The position numbers were made by a program, and so were the translations under genes. A DNA stretch of 64,000 nt from an uncultured Gemmatimonadales bacterium (GTDB lineage Bacteria; Gemmatimonadota; Gemmatimonadetes; Gemmatimonadales; GWC2-71-9). Shown here piece after piece: positions 1 through 8,994 of this stretch (the first letter of the stretch is position 1; every line of letters starts with the position of its first letter). The notes under the pieces were generated by a model, which worked only from the letters and a program-made list of their open reading frames with translations, did not search any database and was not told the origin of the DNA. The stretch covers positions 32,001 through 96,000 of the forward strand of contig CAWJIM010000018.1 of assembly GCA_963842945.1 (NCBI GenBank). Reading direction: 5' to 3'.

Positions 1-850
1 CCCTGACCCCGCCCGCAACCACGCCCGCCTAGTCATGTGCGAGGTGCTGCTGCCCGACGGGACGCCGCATCCGTCGAACAGCCGCGCCGCGATCGCCGAC
101 GACCCCGACGCCTGGTTCGGCTTCGAGCAGGAGTACTTTCTGTACAAGGACGGCGCGCCCCTCGGGTTCCCGAAGGAGGGCTTCCCCGCCCCGCAGGGCG
201 AGTACTACACGGGCGTCGGCTTCAAGAACGTCGGCGACGTCGCGCGGCAGATCGTGGACGAGCACATCGACCTCTGCGTCGAGGCCGGCATCGCGATCGA
301 GGGCGTGAACGCAGAGGTCGCGAAGGGCCAATGGGAGTTCCAGATTTTCGGCAAAGGCGCCCGGCACGCGGCCGACGAGCTCTGGATCGCGCGCTACCTG
401 ATGCTCCGCCTCTGCGAGCGCTTCGGCGTCGACGTCAACTTCCATCCGAAGCCGCTCGGTGCGGACGTCGACTGGAACGGCTCGGGGTTGCACACCAACT
501 TCTCGACGAAGCACATGCGCGAGATCGGCGGCGAGGAATACTTCACGGCGCTGATGAGCGCGTTCTCGGAGGCGCGAGACGAGCACATCGCGTGCTATGG
601 GCCTGAGAACCACCTGCGCCTGACCGGCCTCCACGAGACAGCAGCGATCGACGAGTTCACGCACGGCGTCGCCGACCGCGGCGCGTCAGTCCGCATCCCG
701 CACAGCTTCGTCAACGACGGCCATCGCGGCTATCTCGAGGATCGGCGGCCGAATTCGATGGCCGACCCGTACCGCATCACCGGCCGCATCGTGCAGACGA
801 TTCGGTCGGTTGCAGCGCACGCGCTGATCGAGGATGCGTTCGCCGCGTAG
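1..850 (+). CDS. glnII: Glutamine synthetase type II (GSII), 5' end outside window
   Basis: WFGFEQEY, QGEYYTGVG, NAEVAKGQWEFQIFG, DWNGSGLHTNFST, RLTGLHET, GYLEDRRP motifs typical of GSII. Confidence 0.9.
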   Translation, partial: PDPARNHARLVMCEVLLPDGTPHPSNSRAAIADDPDAWFGFEQEYFLYKDGAPLGFPKEGFPAPQGEYYTGVGFKNVGDVARQIVDEHIDLCVEAGIAIEGVNAEVAKGQWEFQIFGKGARHAADELWIARYLMLRLCERFGVDVNFHPKPLGADVDWNGSGLHTNFSTKHMREIGGEEYFTALMSAFSEARDEHIACYGPENHLRLTGLHETAAIDEFTHGVADRGASVRIPHSFVNDGHRGYLEDRRPNSMADPYRITGRIVQTIRSVAAHALIEDAFAA

Positions 851-1335
851 TGCTCGAGGTGCGCGAGCTTCGGGGAGACGACTGGCCTGCCGTGCGAGAG
901 ATCTTCGAGCAGGGGATCGCAGGCAAGAACGCCACGTTCGAGACCGAGGCTCCCTCCTGGCACGTATGGAACCGCTCGCAGCTCGACGGCCACCGCTACG
1001 TGGCCGTCGAGGGCGGGCGAGTAGTCGGCTGGGTCGCGGCGCACCCGGTCTCGTCACGACCTTGCTACGCGGGCGTCGTCGAGCACAGCGTCTACGTCCA
1101 CGACGACTGGCAGGGGAAGGGAACCGGCCGCGCGCTCCTCGAGCGGCTCTTCGAGAGCACCGAGGCGGCCGGGATCTGGACGATCCAGACGGGGATCTTC
1201 CCGGAGAACGAGGCCAGCCTCGCGCTGCACGTGAAGTGCGGGTTCCGCGTCGTCGGGACGCAGGAACGGCTCGGACAGCTCGACGGCGTCTGGCGTGACG
1301 TCGTCGTCCTCGAACGACGGAGCAAGGAGATCTGA
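850..1335 (+). CDS. GNAT N-acetyltransferase, phosphinothricin/arsinothricin (Pat/YncA/ArsN1)-like
   Basis: NATFETEAP, VEHSVYV, QGKGTG, IFPENEASLALH..GF, WRDVVVLERRS; GTG start overlaps the glnII stop. Confidence 0.85.
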   Translation: MLEVRELRGDDWPAVREIFEQGIAGKNATFETEAPSWHVWNRSQLDGHRYVAVEGGRVVGWVAAHPVSSRPCYAGVVEHSVYVHDDWQGKGTGRALLERLFESTEAAGIWTIQTGIFPENEASLALHVKCGFRVVGTQERLGQLDGVWRDVVVLERRSKEI

Positions 1336-1336
1336 C

Positions 1337-1687
1337 ATGACCAAGGTGGAGGCAGTGGTCACCCGCGAGCGAGTCGAGATCGTGATCGATGCGGTCGAGA
1401 CCGAGACCGGGCATGTGGGCGTGACGGTGGTCGAGGCGATCGGCCACGGGCGCCAGAGGGGGGTCACGCATGAGTATCGCGGCCGCGTCTTCGAATCGCG
1501 CTTCCTCCCGAAGGCCCTCCTGACGTTCATCGTCGAGGACTCCCTCGCGACGGCCGTGGTCGCCGCGGTCACCGATGCGGCCCGCTCCGGACACGAGTCC
1601 GGTGACGGCATCGTCTGGACGACGCGCATCGAGAACGTGATGCACAACCGCACCGGCCTCTCGCTGGGCGAGGTGGAGGTCGCATGA
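1337..1687 (+). CDS. glnK: P-II nitrogen regulatory protein (divergent)
   Basis: GHGRQRG, YRG..FLPK, GDG motifs; AAGGAG RBS before ATG 1337; directly upstream of amtB. Confidence 0.9.
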   Translation: MTKVEAVVTRERVEIVIDAVETETGHVGVTVVEAIGHGRQRGVTHEYRGRVFESRFLPKALLTFIVEDSLATAVVAAVTDAARSGHESGDGIVWTTRIENVMHNRTGLSLGEVEVA

Positions 1688-3084
1688 GGAACGCCGACCT
1701 CCTCATCGCCGTCAACACGGTCTGGGTCGTGCTCGCGGCGGTGCTCGTGATGTTCATGCAGGCCGGGTTCGCGTTCCTCGAGGCGGGCCTGACGCGCATG
1801 AAGAACGCCGCGCACATCGCGGGCAAGAACGTCCTCATCTTCGGCGTCTGCTCGATCGTCTACTGGGCAGTCGGGTTCGGGCTCGCCTTCGGCGACGGCA
1901 ACTCGGTGATCGGAACGAGCGGCTTCTTCCCGTCGACGGACGAGCTCCTGTCGATCGGTGCTGCCCCGTTCAGCTTCTTCACCACGATCCCCGCTGCAGC
2001 GGGCTACCTGTTCGAGGTCGTGTTCGCCGGTGTCGCCCTCGCAATCGTCTGGGGCGCGATGGCCGAGCGGGCGAAGCTGTGGGTCTACATCGTCTTCGGC
2101 GCCTTCTTCACCGTCCTCTACTCGGTGGTCTCGCACTGGGTCTGGCACGCGGGCGGATGGCTCTTCTCGATCGGCATGCAGGACTTCGCAGGGTCGACGG
2201 TCGTCCACTACCAGGGCGCGCTGGCTGCACTGGCCGGCGCGCTCTTGCTCGGGCCTCGCATCGGCAAGTTCGGCCGCGACGGACGCGCGAACCCGATCCC
2301 CGGCCACAACATGCCGTACGCCGTCCTCGGGACGCTCATCCTCTGGTTCGGCTGGTTCGGGTTCAACCCCGGCTCGACGCTGGGCGTCGTCACGGGCGAG
2401 AACATCGGCTACTTCGGCTACGTGGCCCTGATCACGAACGTCGCGGCAGCCGCGGGAGCGCTCGGCGGGATCGGCGTGGCCTGGCTTGTCCTGCGCAAGC
2501 CGGACGTCTCGATGATGCTGAACGGCGTCATCGCGGCGCTGGTCGCCATCACGGCAGCCTCAGGCTTCGTTGCGCCGTGGGCGGGGGTCGTGATCGGCGC
2601 CGTCGCCGGCGCGATCGCAGTCGTGGGCGTCCTCGGGGTCGAGCGGCTTGGGATCGACGACCCGATCGGCGCAGTCGCCGTCCACGGGATGGCCGGAGTG
2701 TGGGGAACGCTCGCCACCGGCCTCTTCGCGGTGCCCTCGCTCGCGTCCAATCTCGCGACCGGGACGGGCGGGCTCGTCTACACCGGGAGCTTCCACCAGC
2801 TCGGCGTGCAGGCGGTCGGGCTCGTCGCTGTCGGAGCTTTCACCTTCACGGCTTGCTTCGGCTGCCTTTGGGCGTTGAAGGCGCTTTGGGGGATCCGGGT
2901 CGAGGAGCACGTCGAGACCGCGGGCCTGGACGTCGCCGAGCACGGAATGTGGGGCTACCCCGAGTTCTACATCCCGGTCCCGGGTGGTTATGGAACCGAG
3001 TCGCACTCACACTTGATCGGCCGGCAGCACAAGCACGAGACCGAAGCGGAGCTCACGCCCGAGCCCGCGAAGGAAGCCGCCTAG
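1684..3084 (+). CDS. amtB: Ammonium transporter
   Basis: FMQAGFAFLEAG, DFAGSTVVH, PGHN, WFGFNPGS, DDPIGAVAVHG. Confidence 0.95.
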   Translation: MRNADLLIAVNTVWVVLAAVLVMFMQAGFAFLEAGLTRMKNAAHIAGKNVLIFGVCSIVYWAVGFGLAFGDGNSVIGTSGFFPSTDELLSIGAAPFSFFTTIPAAAGYLFEVVFAGVALAIVWGAMAERAKLWVYIVFGAFFTVLYSVVSHWVWHAGGWLFSIGMQDFAGSTVVHYQGALAALAGALLLGPRIGKFGRDGRANPIPGHNMPYAVLGTLILWFGWFGFNPGSTLGVVTGENIGYFGYVALITNVAAAAGALGGIGVAWLVLRKPDVSMMLNGVIAALVAITAASGFVAPWAGVVIGAVAGAIAVVGVLGVERLGIDDPIGAVAVHGMAGVWGTLATGLFAVPSLASNLATGTGGLVYTGSFHQLGVQAVGLVAVGAFTFTACFGCLWALKALWGIRVEEHVETAGLDVAEHGMWGYPEFYIPVPGGYGTESHSHLIGRQHKHETEAELTPEPAKEAA

Positions 3085-3934
3085 GTCGCTCCTTCGAAGG
3101 AGCGAAGCGCATCTGCTCCCGCGGCCAGCCAGCGGCGCGCCCGGTTCACGTTCGGGCCATCCGGCGCGAGAGCGACGGTGTCGGATTGCAGCTCGGTCAG
3201 GACGAGCAGCGCGCGCCGCGGGTCTGGCTCCGAGAGAGCGCTCCTCGATTCGCCCCGCAAGCCGGTCGGGCTTCACGGCGAGCGGCGCTACACGGGCCGC
3301 CAGGCGCTTGTGCGTCGGCTGCCAGACCCGGTTCAGCGCATAGACGATCTGGAGGACTCGCGACGCGTCGTCGACCATCCGCTCCAGGCGTGAGAGCCGC
3401 TCGCCGGGACGAGCGATGGTGAGCAGTCCCTCCGGAGCGAAACCGCCCCAGGTCAGAGCAGCGTCCTCGATCTGCGCCCTGGCAAGCTCCTCCGGATAGT
3501 CGCCGAGCCGGGCTTGCCACCGCGACAACGAGCCGGAGGTCCGCAGCGGCAAGCCGTTGGCGATCGCGTCGGCCGCGGACGACGGGCCGCCGAGGAGGAT
3601 CGCGTCGACGGTCGGACTCCGCGTGCTCGCGCGACCACCAGACGAGCTCGAGAGGCACGCCCTCACGCCGGCCGGAAACACGCTGGGTCGGCCCGCCCTG
3701 CTCGCCCCAGGTATCGAGCTCTTCGAGCCCCGCAGCGGCCGAGCGTGGTCGAAGCAAGCAGCGAGCTCGAGTGGCTCCGGCGTGACGATCAGCATCTCGA
3801 TGTCGGAGATCTCGTCGGCGACGCCGCGCGAAACGCTGCCGGTGAGCACGACCTCCTCCGCCACCTCGCGCGGAAGCGCATCCGCGACGCGCTGGGCGAG
3901 ATCCTGCAGCTCTTCGGCTCGGCTCCGTCGCCAC
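3081..3934 (-). CDS. Nucleotidyltransferase-domain protein (several frameshifts)
   Basis: LTGSVSRGVADEISDIEM pol-beta-type motif; coding sense switches between ORFs 3197..3934 and 3007..4248. Confidence 0.6.
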
Positions 3935-3958
3935 GACGGAAGTCTTCCGGACCCGAAG

Positions 3959-4312
3959 CTAGTCCTGCCGAGGATCGAGTTGATCGGCGAGCTCTCCGGC
4001 CTCGCCGAGCTTCTCGACGAGCTCGTACCGCGCACCTTCGCCATCGGTCTCGACCACGCGCTCCACGTCCGAGTAGACGTGGCCCGGCCTGACCAGGAAG
4101 TGCGTCGACGTGTCACGGATGTGCTCGTACTCCTCGAGCGTGAGTGAAATGCTCTCGGTGCACCCCGTATCCGCGCACTCGCAAGAGAACACGTGAAAGG
4201 TCGAGGTCTCGTCGCGTGACACGGCCTCGATCTTCTCGTTGACCTCACGGAAGAGGCTCTGATTCCGAGCCGCGCGCTCGTGCCGGTCTTGAGCTGTCCG
4301 TTGCACCCTCAC
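3959..4312 (-). CDS. Conserved hypothetical protein, possibly metal-binding
   Basis: RNQSLFREVNE, CECADTGC, PGH motifs; GAGG RBS. Confidence 0.7.
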   Translation of the reverse strand: MRVQRTAQDRHERAARNQSLFREVNEKIEAVSRDETSTFHVFSCECADTGCTESISLTLEEYEHIRDTSTHFLVRPGHVYSDVERVVETDGEGARYELVEKLGEAGELADQLDPRQD

Positions 4313-4446
4313 GTCCTCGCTAGCACGTCGATGATTTGGCTAAACGAGGAGGAGGCCGCAGCTCGTCTGCCGTCGATGGTAACACCACTCCGGTTTGGCA
4401 TCTATCCCCGAGAAGGACTGGTCAGCGGCCTGAGAGGGGGGCGCGA

Positions 4447-5218
4447 CTACAGCTTCTTGAACGTGACGCTCACCCGGCGGGTGACGTCGTCGGTGCAGCT
4501 CGTGTCGCCTCCGCACTCGGGGTACGACGTGACCTTGTGGCTCGTGCCGGTGACGATCAGCGTCCTGCGGCGCGCCACGGTCGCGATGCTGGGCATCTTC
4601 ATGAGGAGCTCACCGAGGCGGGTTCCGCCAGCGAGCCGCTCGGTGAAGAGCTCGCTCTGGCCGAGATGGCACTCACCTTGCCGAGAGGCGAACTGGAAGC
4701 CGGCCACGTCTGCTTGGAGAAAGCGGCGGTTGTAACCCGAGATGCGGCTCACGGCGCGGCGCGGGATCGCGAACGTGCCGCAGCCGGCCTTACCGATCGG
4801 CTCGCAGTCGCCGCTGTCGGGCTCCGGAGGGTTCTGCGTCGTGTTGTCGACGAGCGTGATCGTGCCCTTGGCCGGCTGCCACCCGATGTCGCGGATGCCC
4901 CCTCCGCCCGGGACCGGGAATACCGACGACCCAGCTTCCCGGCTTCCCGGGGATGTTGCCGGCGGCCCACGGGTGATAGATCAGCTTCACGAGCTTCGTC
5001 TTCACGAACTGGAACTTGAGCGTCATGGTCCCCCCGCCGGTGACATGGCAAGGCTCGGAATCGGTGACCGTCCACCGATCGACGAGCTCCCCGCTCACCA
5101 CCGTCAGGCGATGGCTGTAGCCCCGGCCCTCGGTGGCAGCGTCGGAGGAAGGCAGGACGCTGGCCGCGCCCGCGATGCTCAAAAGCAGTAGAGCAATCGC
5201 AATGCGGACGCGGACCAT
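4447..5218 (-). CDS. Secreted hypothetical protein (frameshifted)
   Basis: Signal peptide MVRVRIAIALLLLSIAGAA; continues in the frame ending ..VSVTFKKL. Confidence 0.55.
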
Positions 5219-5254
5219 GTCGACCAGCCTCGCACAAAGACCCGGCGGCTGCGT

Positions 5255-5965
5255 TTACGCGATGGCAAATGTCACTGTCACGCTCGCCTGGACGTCCTGC
5301 GTCCCAGGCTCGATCGGCGCGGCCTTGTCGAGGACGGCCCGCTCTGCTCCGCCTGCGTAGTAGGGCTCCGGGCCGCCGCTGAAGCCTTCCGTGATCGCCG
5401 TCACCGAGCCGAGCCGTACCCCGGCCGCGCCTGCGAGCGCTTCGGCCTTCTTGCGCGCATCGGCGACCGCGTCGCGGAGCGCCTTCGCCTGGAGCTTGTC
5501 CTGATTCGAGCGCGTCAGCGAGGGGCCGTAGACCTCGTTCGCCCCGGCGTTCGACGCTGCGTCGAGCACCGCCCCGGCTCTGGACAGGTTGTCGATCTTG
5601 ACCGAGACCGAGTTCCTGGCCATGTAGCCCTCGATCCGGCCCTCGTCCGCGTAGGAAGGTGACACCGAGACGTCCTGCGTCTTGATGTCGCCGCGGTCGA
5701 CACCGGCCGATTTCAGAGCTGCGATCACCCTGTTCATCTGGTCCGAGTTGGAGGCAAGCGCCTCGCGGGCCGTCGAGCCCTCGCTCTGGACTCCAACCGT
5801 GAACGTGGCCTCGTTCGGCACGGAGGTGACGGTCCCGACGCCGGTGACTGTGATGCCGCCTGCCGGCTTCGAGGCGCCACCGGCTGTCTCTGGACGGCCA
5901 ACGCCGGCGAGAGCGACGACCGCGGCGCCGACCGCGACGAGGACTGCAATTCGGATCAGTTTCAT
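5255..5965 (-). CDS. SIMPL (DUF541) domain protein
   Basis: ITVTGVG..P, ALRDAVADARKKAEALA, IEPGTQDVQASVTVTF; AGGAG RBS. Confidence 0.9.
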   Translation of the reverse strand: MKLIRIAVLVAVGAAVVALAGVGRPETAGGASKPAGGITVTGVGTVTSVPNEATFTVGVQSEGSTAREALASNSDQMNRVIAALKSAGVDRGDIKTQDVSVSPSYADEGRIEGYMARNSVSVKIDNLSRAGAVLDAASNAGANEVYGPSLTRSNQDKLQAKALRDAVADARKKAEALAGAAGVRLGSVTAITEGFSGGPEPYYAGGAERAVLDKAAPIEPGTQDVQASVTVTFAIA

Positions 5966-6031
5966 GATCTTGCTCCTTTGAAGGGTTCGACTAGATACGG
6001 CGCCGCGTCGGCTTCCCGTCACAATCGCGGC

Positions 6032-6754
6032 GTGCGCTACCAATTCGTCGACTGCCGCTGGCAGCTCGGAAGCCCCGACCGCGGGCGGGAGCTCTACCTC
6101 GCCGACCACATCCCCGGTGCCTCGTTCCTGGACGTCGACCAGGACCTGTCGGCTGCCCCCGGCGAGCGTGGGCGACACCCACTTCCAGACTCCGACGACT
6201 TCGCCGCCGCCGCCTCGCGAGCCGGGATCGGGGAGGGGGTCTTCGTCGTCGCCTACGGGCCGCTGGGCGGCGGGGAGCGCCTCTGGTGGCTGCTCCGGCA
6301 CTTCGGTCACGAGGATGTAGCCGTCCTCCGTGGCGGCATCGAGGCCTGGCGCGGGCCACTGCGCAAGGGCGAGGAAGAGGTCGAGCCCGCGCGATTCGAG
6401 CCGCGTCTGCGCGAGGGCGACACGATCGAGGCCGCAGAGCTCGCCGAGCGGCTCGAGGATCCGGCGCTGCTCGTCCTCGACGCCCGTGTCCCGGAGCGCT
6501 TCCGCGGCGAGCCCAACCCGATCGACAAGGTGCCGGGCCGGATCCCCGGTGCGCGGAATCTGCCCTTCACGTCCGAAGATGCGATCCCAGACGAGGTCCT
6601 CGCCGCGGAGGAGATCGCCGTCTACTGCGGGTCGGGCGTCACCGCCTGCGTGCCGTTGTTTGCGCTCGCCGAGGCCGGCCGCCCCGACGCAAAGCTCTAC
6701 CCGGGCTCGTGGAGCGAGTGGGAGGGCCTAGGTTTGCCCGTCGAGCGCGGGTAG
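6032..6754 (+). CDS. Sulfurtransferase (tandem rhodanese, SseA-like)
   Basis: HIPGA, GRHPLP, VYCGSGVTAC, LYPGSWSEW. Confidence 0.9.
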   Translation: MRYQFVDCRWQLGSPDRGRELYLADHIPGASFLDVDQDLSAAPGERGRHPLPDSDDFAAAASRAGIGEGVFVVAYGPLGGGERLWWLLRHFGHEDVAVLRGGIEAWRGPLRKGEEEVEPARFEPRLREGDTIEAAELAERLEDPALLVLDARVPERFRGEPNPIDKVPGRIPGARNLPFTSEDAIPDEVLAAEEIAVYCGSGVTACVPLFALAEAGRPDAKLYPGSWSEWEGLGLPVERG

Positions 6755-7240
6755 GTAGGGGCGCCAGCCGTGTGGGATCTTTGGAGCCGCCAGGCGGATG
6801 AAGAGAACGGGCTGCGGTGGGCGCGGCTGGTGGACGAGCGTCATCGCAGCCTCTTCGAGCGACCGGTTTCCCTTGCGTAAGTTGCACGGCGAGCACGAGG
6901 TGACGACGTTCTCCCAGACCGAGTCGCCGCCGCGGCTGCGAGGGACGACGTGGTCGAGCGTGAGCCGACCGCTCGTGGTGCCGCAGTAGACGCAGCGCCA
7001 GCCGTCGCGGGCGAAGAGCGCCCGGCGGGAGATCTTGCGCTGGACGGCGCGCGGCACCCGCACGTACTGGACAAGCCTGATCACGTGCGGCCAGGGGTAG
7101 GTGTCGCTCGCCGAGCGGAGCGGCTGGTTGAGCTCCTCGAGCACCTCCGCCTTGCCCTTGAAGACGAGCACGTGGGCCCGCCTCACCGACGTGACGTTCA
7201 GGGGCTCGTAGCTCGCGTTGAGCACCAGGACCTGCGTCAT
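6728..7240 (-). CDS. HNH endonuclease (McrA-like)
   Basis: VLVLNASYEPL, RDGWRCVYCG, TLDHVVPRSRGG..W.NVVTSC..CN..K. Confidence 0.92.
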   Translation of the reverse strand: MTQVLVLNASYEPLNVTSVRRAHVLVFKGKAEVLEELNQPLRSASDTYPWPHVIRLVQYVRVPRAVQRKISRRALFARDGWRCVYCGTTSGRLTLDHVVPRSRGGDSVWENVVTSCSPCNLRKGNRSLEEAAMTLVHQPRPPQPVLFIRLAAPKIPHGWRPYLPALDGQT

Positions 7241-7301
7241 GACACAAAAAATGTAGCGACTCGCGCGCAAATCACGGCATCGCTTCTAGGATTTCCCCTC
7301 G

Positions 7302-7778
7302 ATGGACCTCTCTGCGGCTGCCTGGATTGCCGTCGGCGCGGCCTGCGTGGCCGGGGCGGCGCTTGCGGTGTCCGTCTATCTCGCCCTCCAGATCCGGCGA
7401 GTTCGCGCGGCCCAGCTCGTCCTGCTCGGCGGAGGCAAGGCCGACCTCGTCGACTTCGCGGTCTCGCTGCAGGCCCGCATCGACGACCTGCATCGAGCCG
7501 TGGACGAGGTCGCGGCCGCTCTCGCCCGGGTCGATCGGCGAGTCGACGGGTCGGTCACGAACACCTCGCTCGTCCGCTACGACGCGTACGAGGGTGCAGG
7601 CGGGCACCAGTCGGCCTCGATCGCACTGCTCGACGCCGGCCGCTCCGGAATCGTCGTCAGCGCGATCCAGGGACGCGACTACGCGAGGATCTACGTGAAG
7701 GAGCTCGATCGCGGACAGCCGAACGTCGGGCTCTCGCCCGAGGAGCAGGAGGCTGTCGAAAAGGCGATGGCGGGCTAG
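7302..7778 (+). CDS. DUF4446-like membrane-anchored protein
   Basis: N-terminal TM helix; VRYDAY..GGHQSASIALLD..SGIVVS, ARIYVK, LSPEE. Confidence 0.75.
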   Translation: MDLSAAAWIAVGAACVAGAALAVSVYLALQIRRVRAAQLVLLGGGKADLVDFAVSLQARIDDLHRAVDEVAAALARVDRRVDGSVTNTSLVRYDAYEGAGGHQSASIALLDAGRSGIVVSAIQGRDYARIYVKELDRGQPNVGLSPEEQEAVEKAMAG

Positions 7779-8902
7779 ACGCCTAGCCGACCGAGAACTG
7801 CACCGGATAGCTGGCGGTGTTGTTGTCGACGCTCTGCTCCTGGGGCACGGGGTCGACCTCGATCGGTCAGCGACGTCCGCTGGTCGAAGCGCGGCAACGT
7901 GATGTCCCGGAACTCGACGGTCGTCTCGTCGCCGGAGTTGAGCAGCGCGATCGTCGCCTGCTTGGTGATCGGCTGAGTCTGCTGGATCGTGAGCCTCACC
8001 TTGAGGCCGACTTCCTGCGCGCAACCGGAGTTCTCGACCAGGACGGCGAACCCGAGATCAGTCGATGCCTGAATGGTGTTCGTCTCGTCCGCCGAGAGCT
8101 CCCGGCCGGATGGAAGCACCTTCGTCGAAACGATGCCCGTGCCCCGTGGAGTGCACGTCGGACTGCCGGTTTCCGTACCGTGAATCCGCTGCCAGACCGC
8201 CTTCATCGAGGCTGTCGTCGCGATGTCGGCGTTCGGGAGGAAGGTCGAATCCGGCACGTTGACGCCCGTGATGCTGAGGTTCTGGAGCTCTTTGATCGTC
8301 GGATCCTTGAACAGGTCCTCCCAGATGACGTCGCTCGCCACGAAGCGATTCATCTGCTGCCCGAGCAGCGGCCCGGCCTGATTTGCGTTCGTCGAGGCGG
8401 CCGTGCTCTTGAAGGCGTCGGTCATCCCTTTCAGGCCCTCGAAGCGGAGGTCGAACGAGTCGAGCATGTGCGCGTGCTGAGCTCGCAGCCGGCCGGGCGG
8501 TTCGAGCCCTCGCGCCTGGGTTGCGATCTGGTTCTGCTGATCCGCGAGCCCCGAGAGCTCGTTCTCGACATCCGATTCCTTGGTGCCACGCGTCGTGAGA
8601 AGCGTGTTGAACTGCCTGCCAAGCTGCTCGGAGCGCGTCGCGTAGCCGGAGACGTCCTGGACGTAGTCCCGGTAGGCGTCCTTGCGCTGGTCCTCGCGAC
8701 AGCCGTTCACCCAGAGGATGAGCAGGAGCACGATCAGGATGGCGAAGCTGATCAGGCCGACGAGGCGCAGAAGCGGCGTGAGCCCGGTTGGTGGCCGGAC
8801 GGGAGGGCGAGGCCCTCGGCGACGCGGCCGTTCTTCGGCTGATTCTCGGGTGTCCGACTCCTCGAAGAAGTCGAACTCGATGTCGCTCTCGCGGTCGCTC
8901 AT
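7775..8902 (-). CDS. Membrane-anchored hypothetical protein with C-terminal Ig/CARDB-like domain (frameshift near 3' end)
   Basis: Acidic N-terminus, one TM helix, helical middle, beta-rich end. Confidence 0.65.
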   Translation of the reverse strand: MSDRESDIEFDFFEESDTRESAEERPRRRGPRPPVRPPTGLTPLLRLVGLISFAILIVLLLILWVNGCREDQRKDAYRDYVQDVSGYATRSEQLGRQFNTLLTTRGTKESDVENELSGLADQQNQIATQARGLEPPGRLRAQHAHMLDSFDLRFEGLKGMTDAFKSTAASTNANQAGPLLGQQMNRFVASDVIWEDLFKDPTIKELQNLSITGVNVPDSTFLPNADIATTASMKAVWQRIHGTETGSPTCTPRGTGIVSTKVLPSGRELSADETNTIQASTDLGFAVLVENSGCAQEVGLKVRLTIQQTQPITKQATIALLNSGDETTVEFRDITLPRFDQRTSLTDRGRPRAPGAERRQQHRQLSGAVLGRLGV

Positions 8903-8994
8903 CAGGAGTCGGCAGGGCTAGGAGCCGGGTCACCTTATCGCGTTCCCCGGCTAGTGCAGGAGTTTTGGCGGCGGACGCCAAATCGGAGCGGCGA

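Noticed and set aside
6728..7240. HNH gene as a defence or mobile system
   Set aside because: It is the common stand-alone McrA-like family, with no partner genes or repeats nearby.
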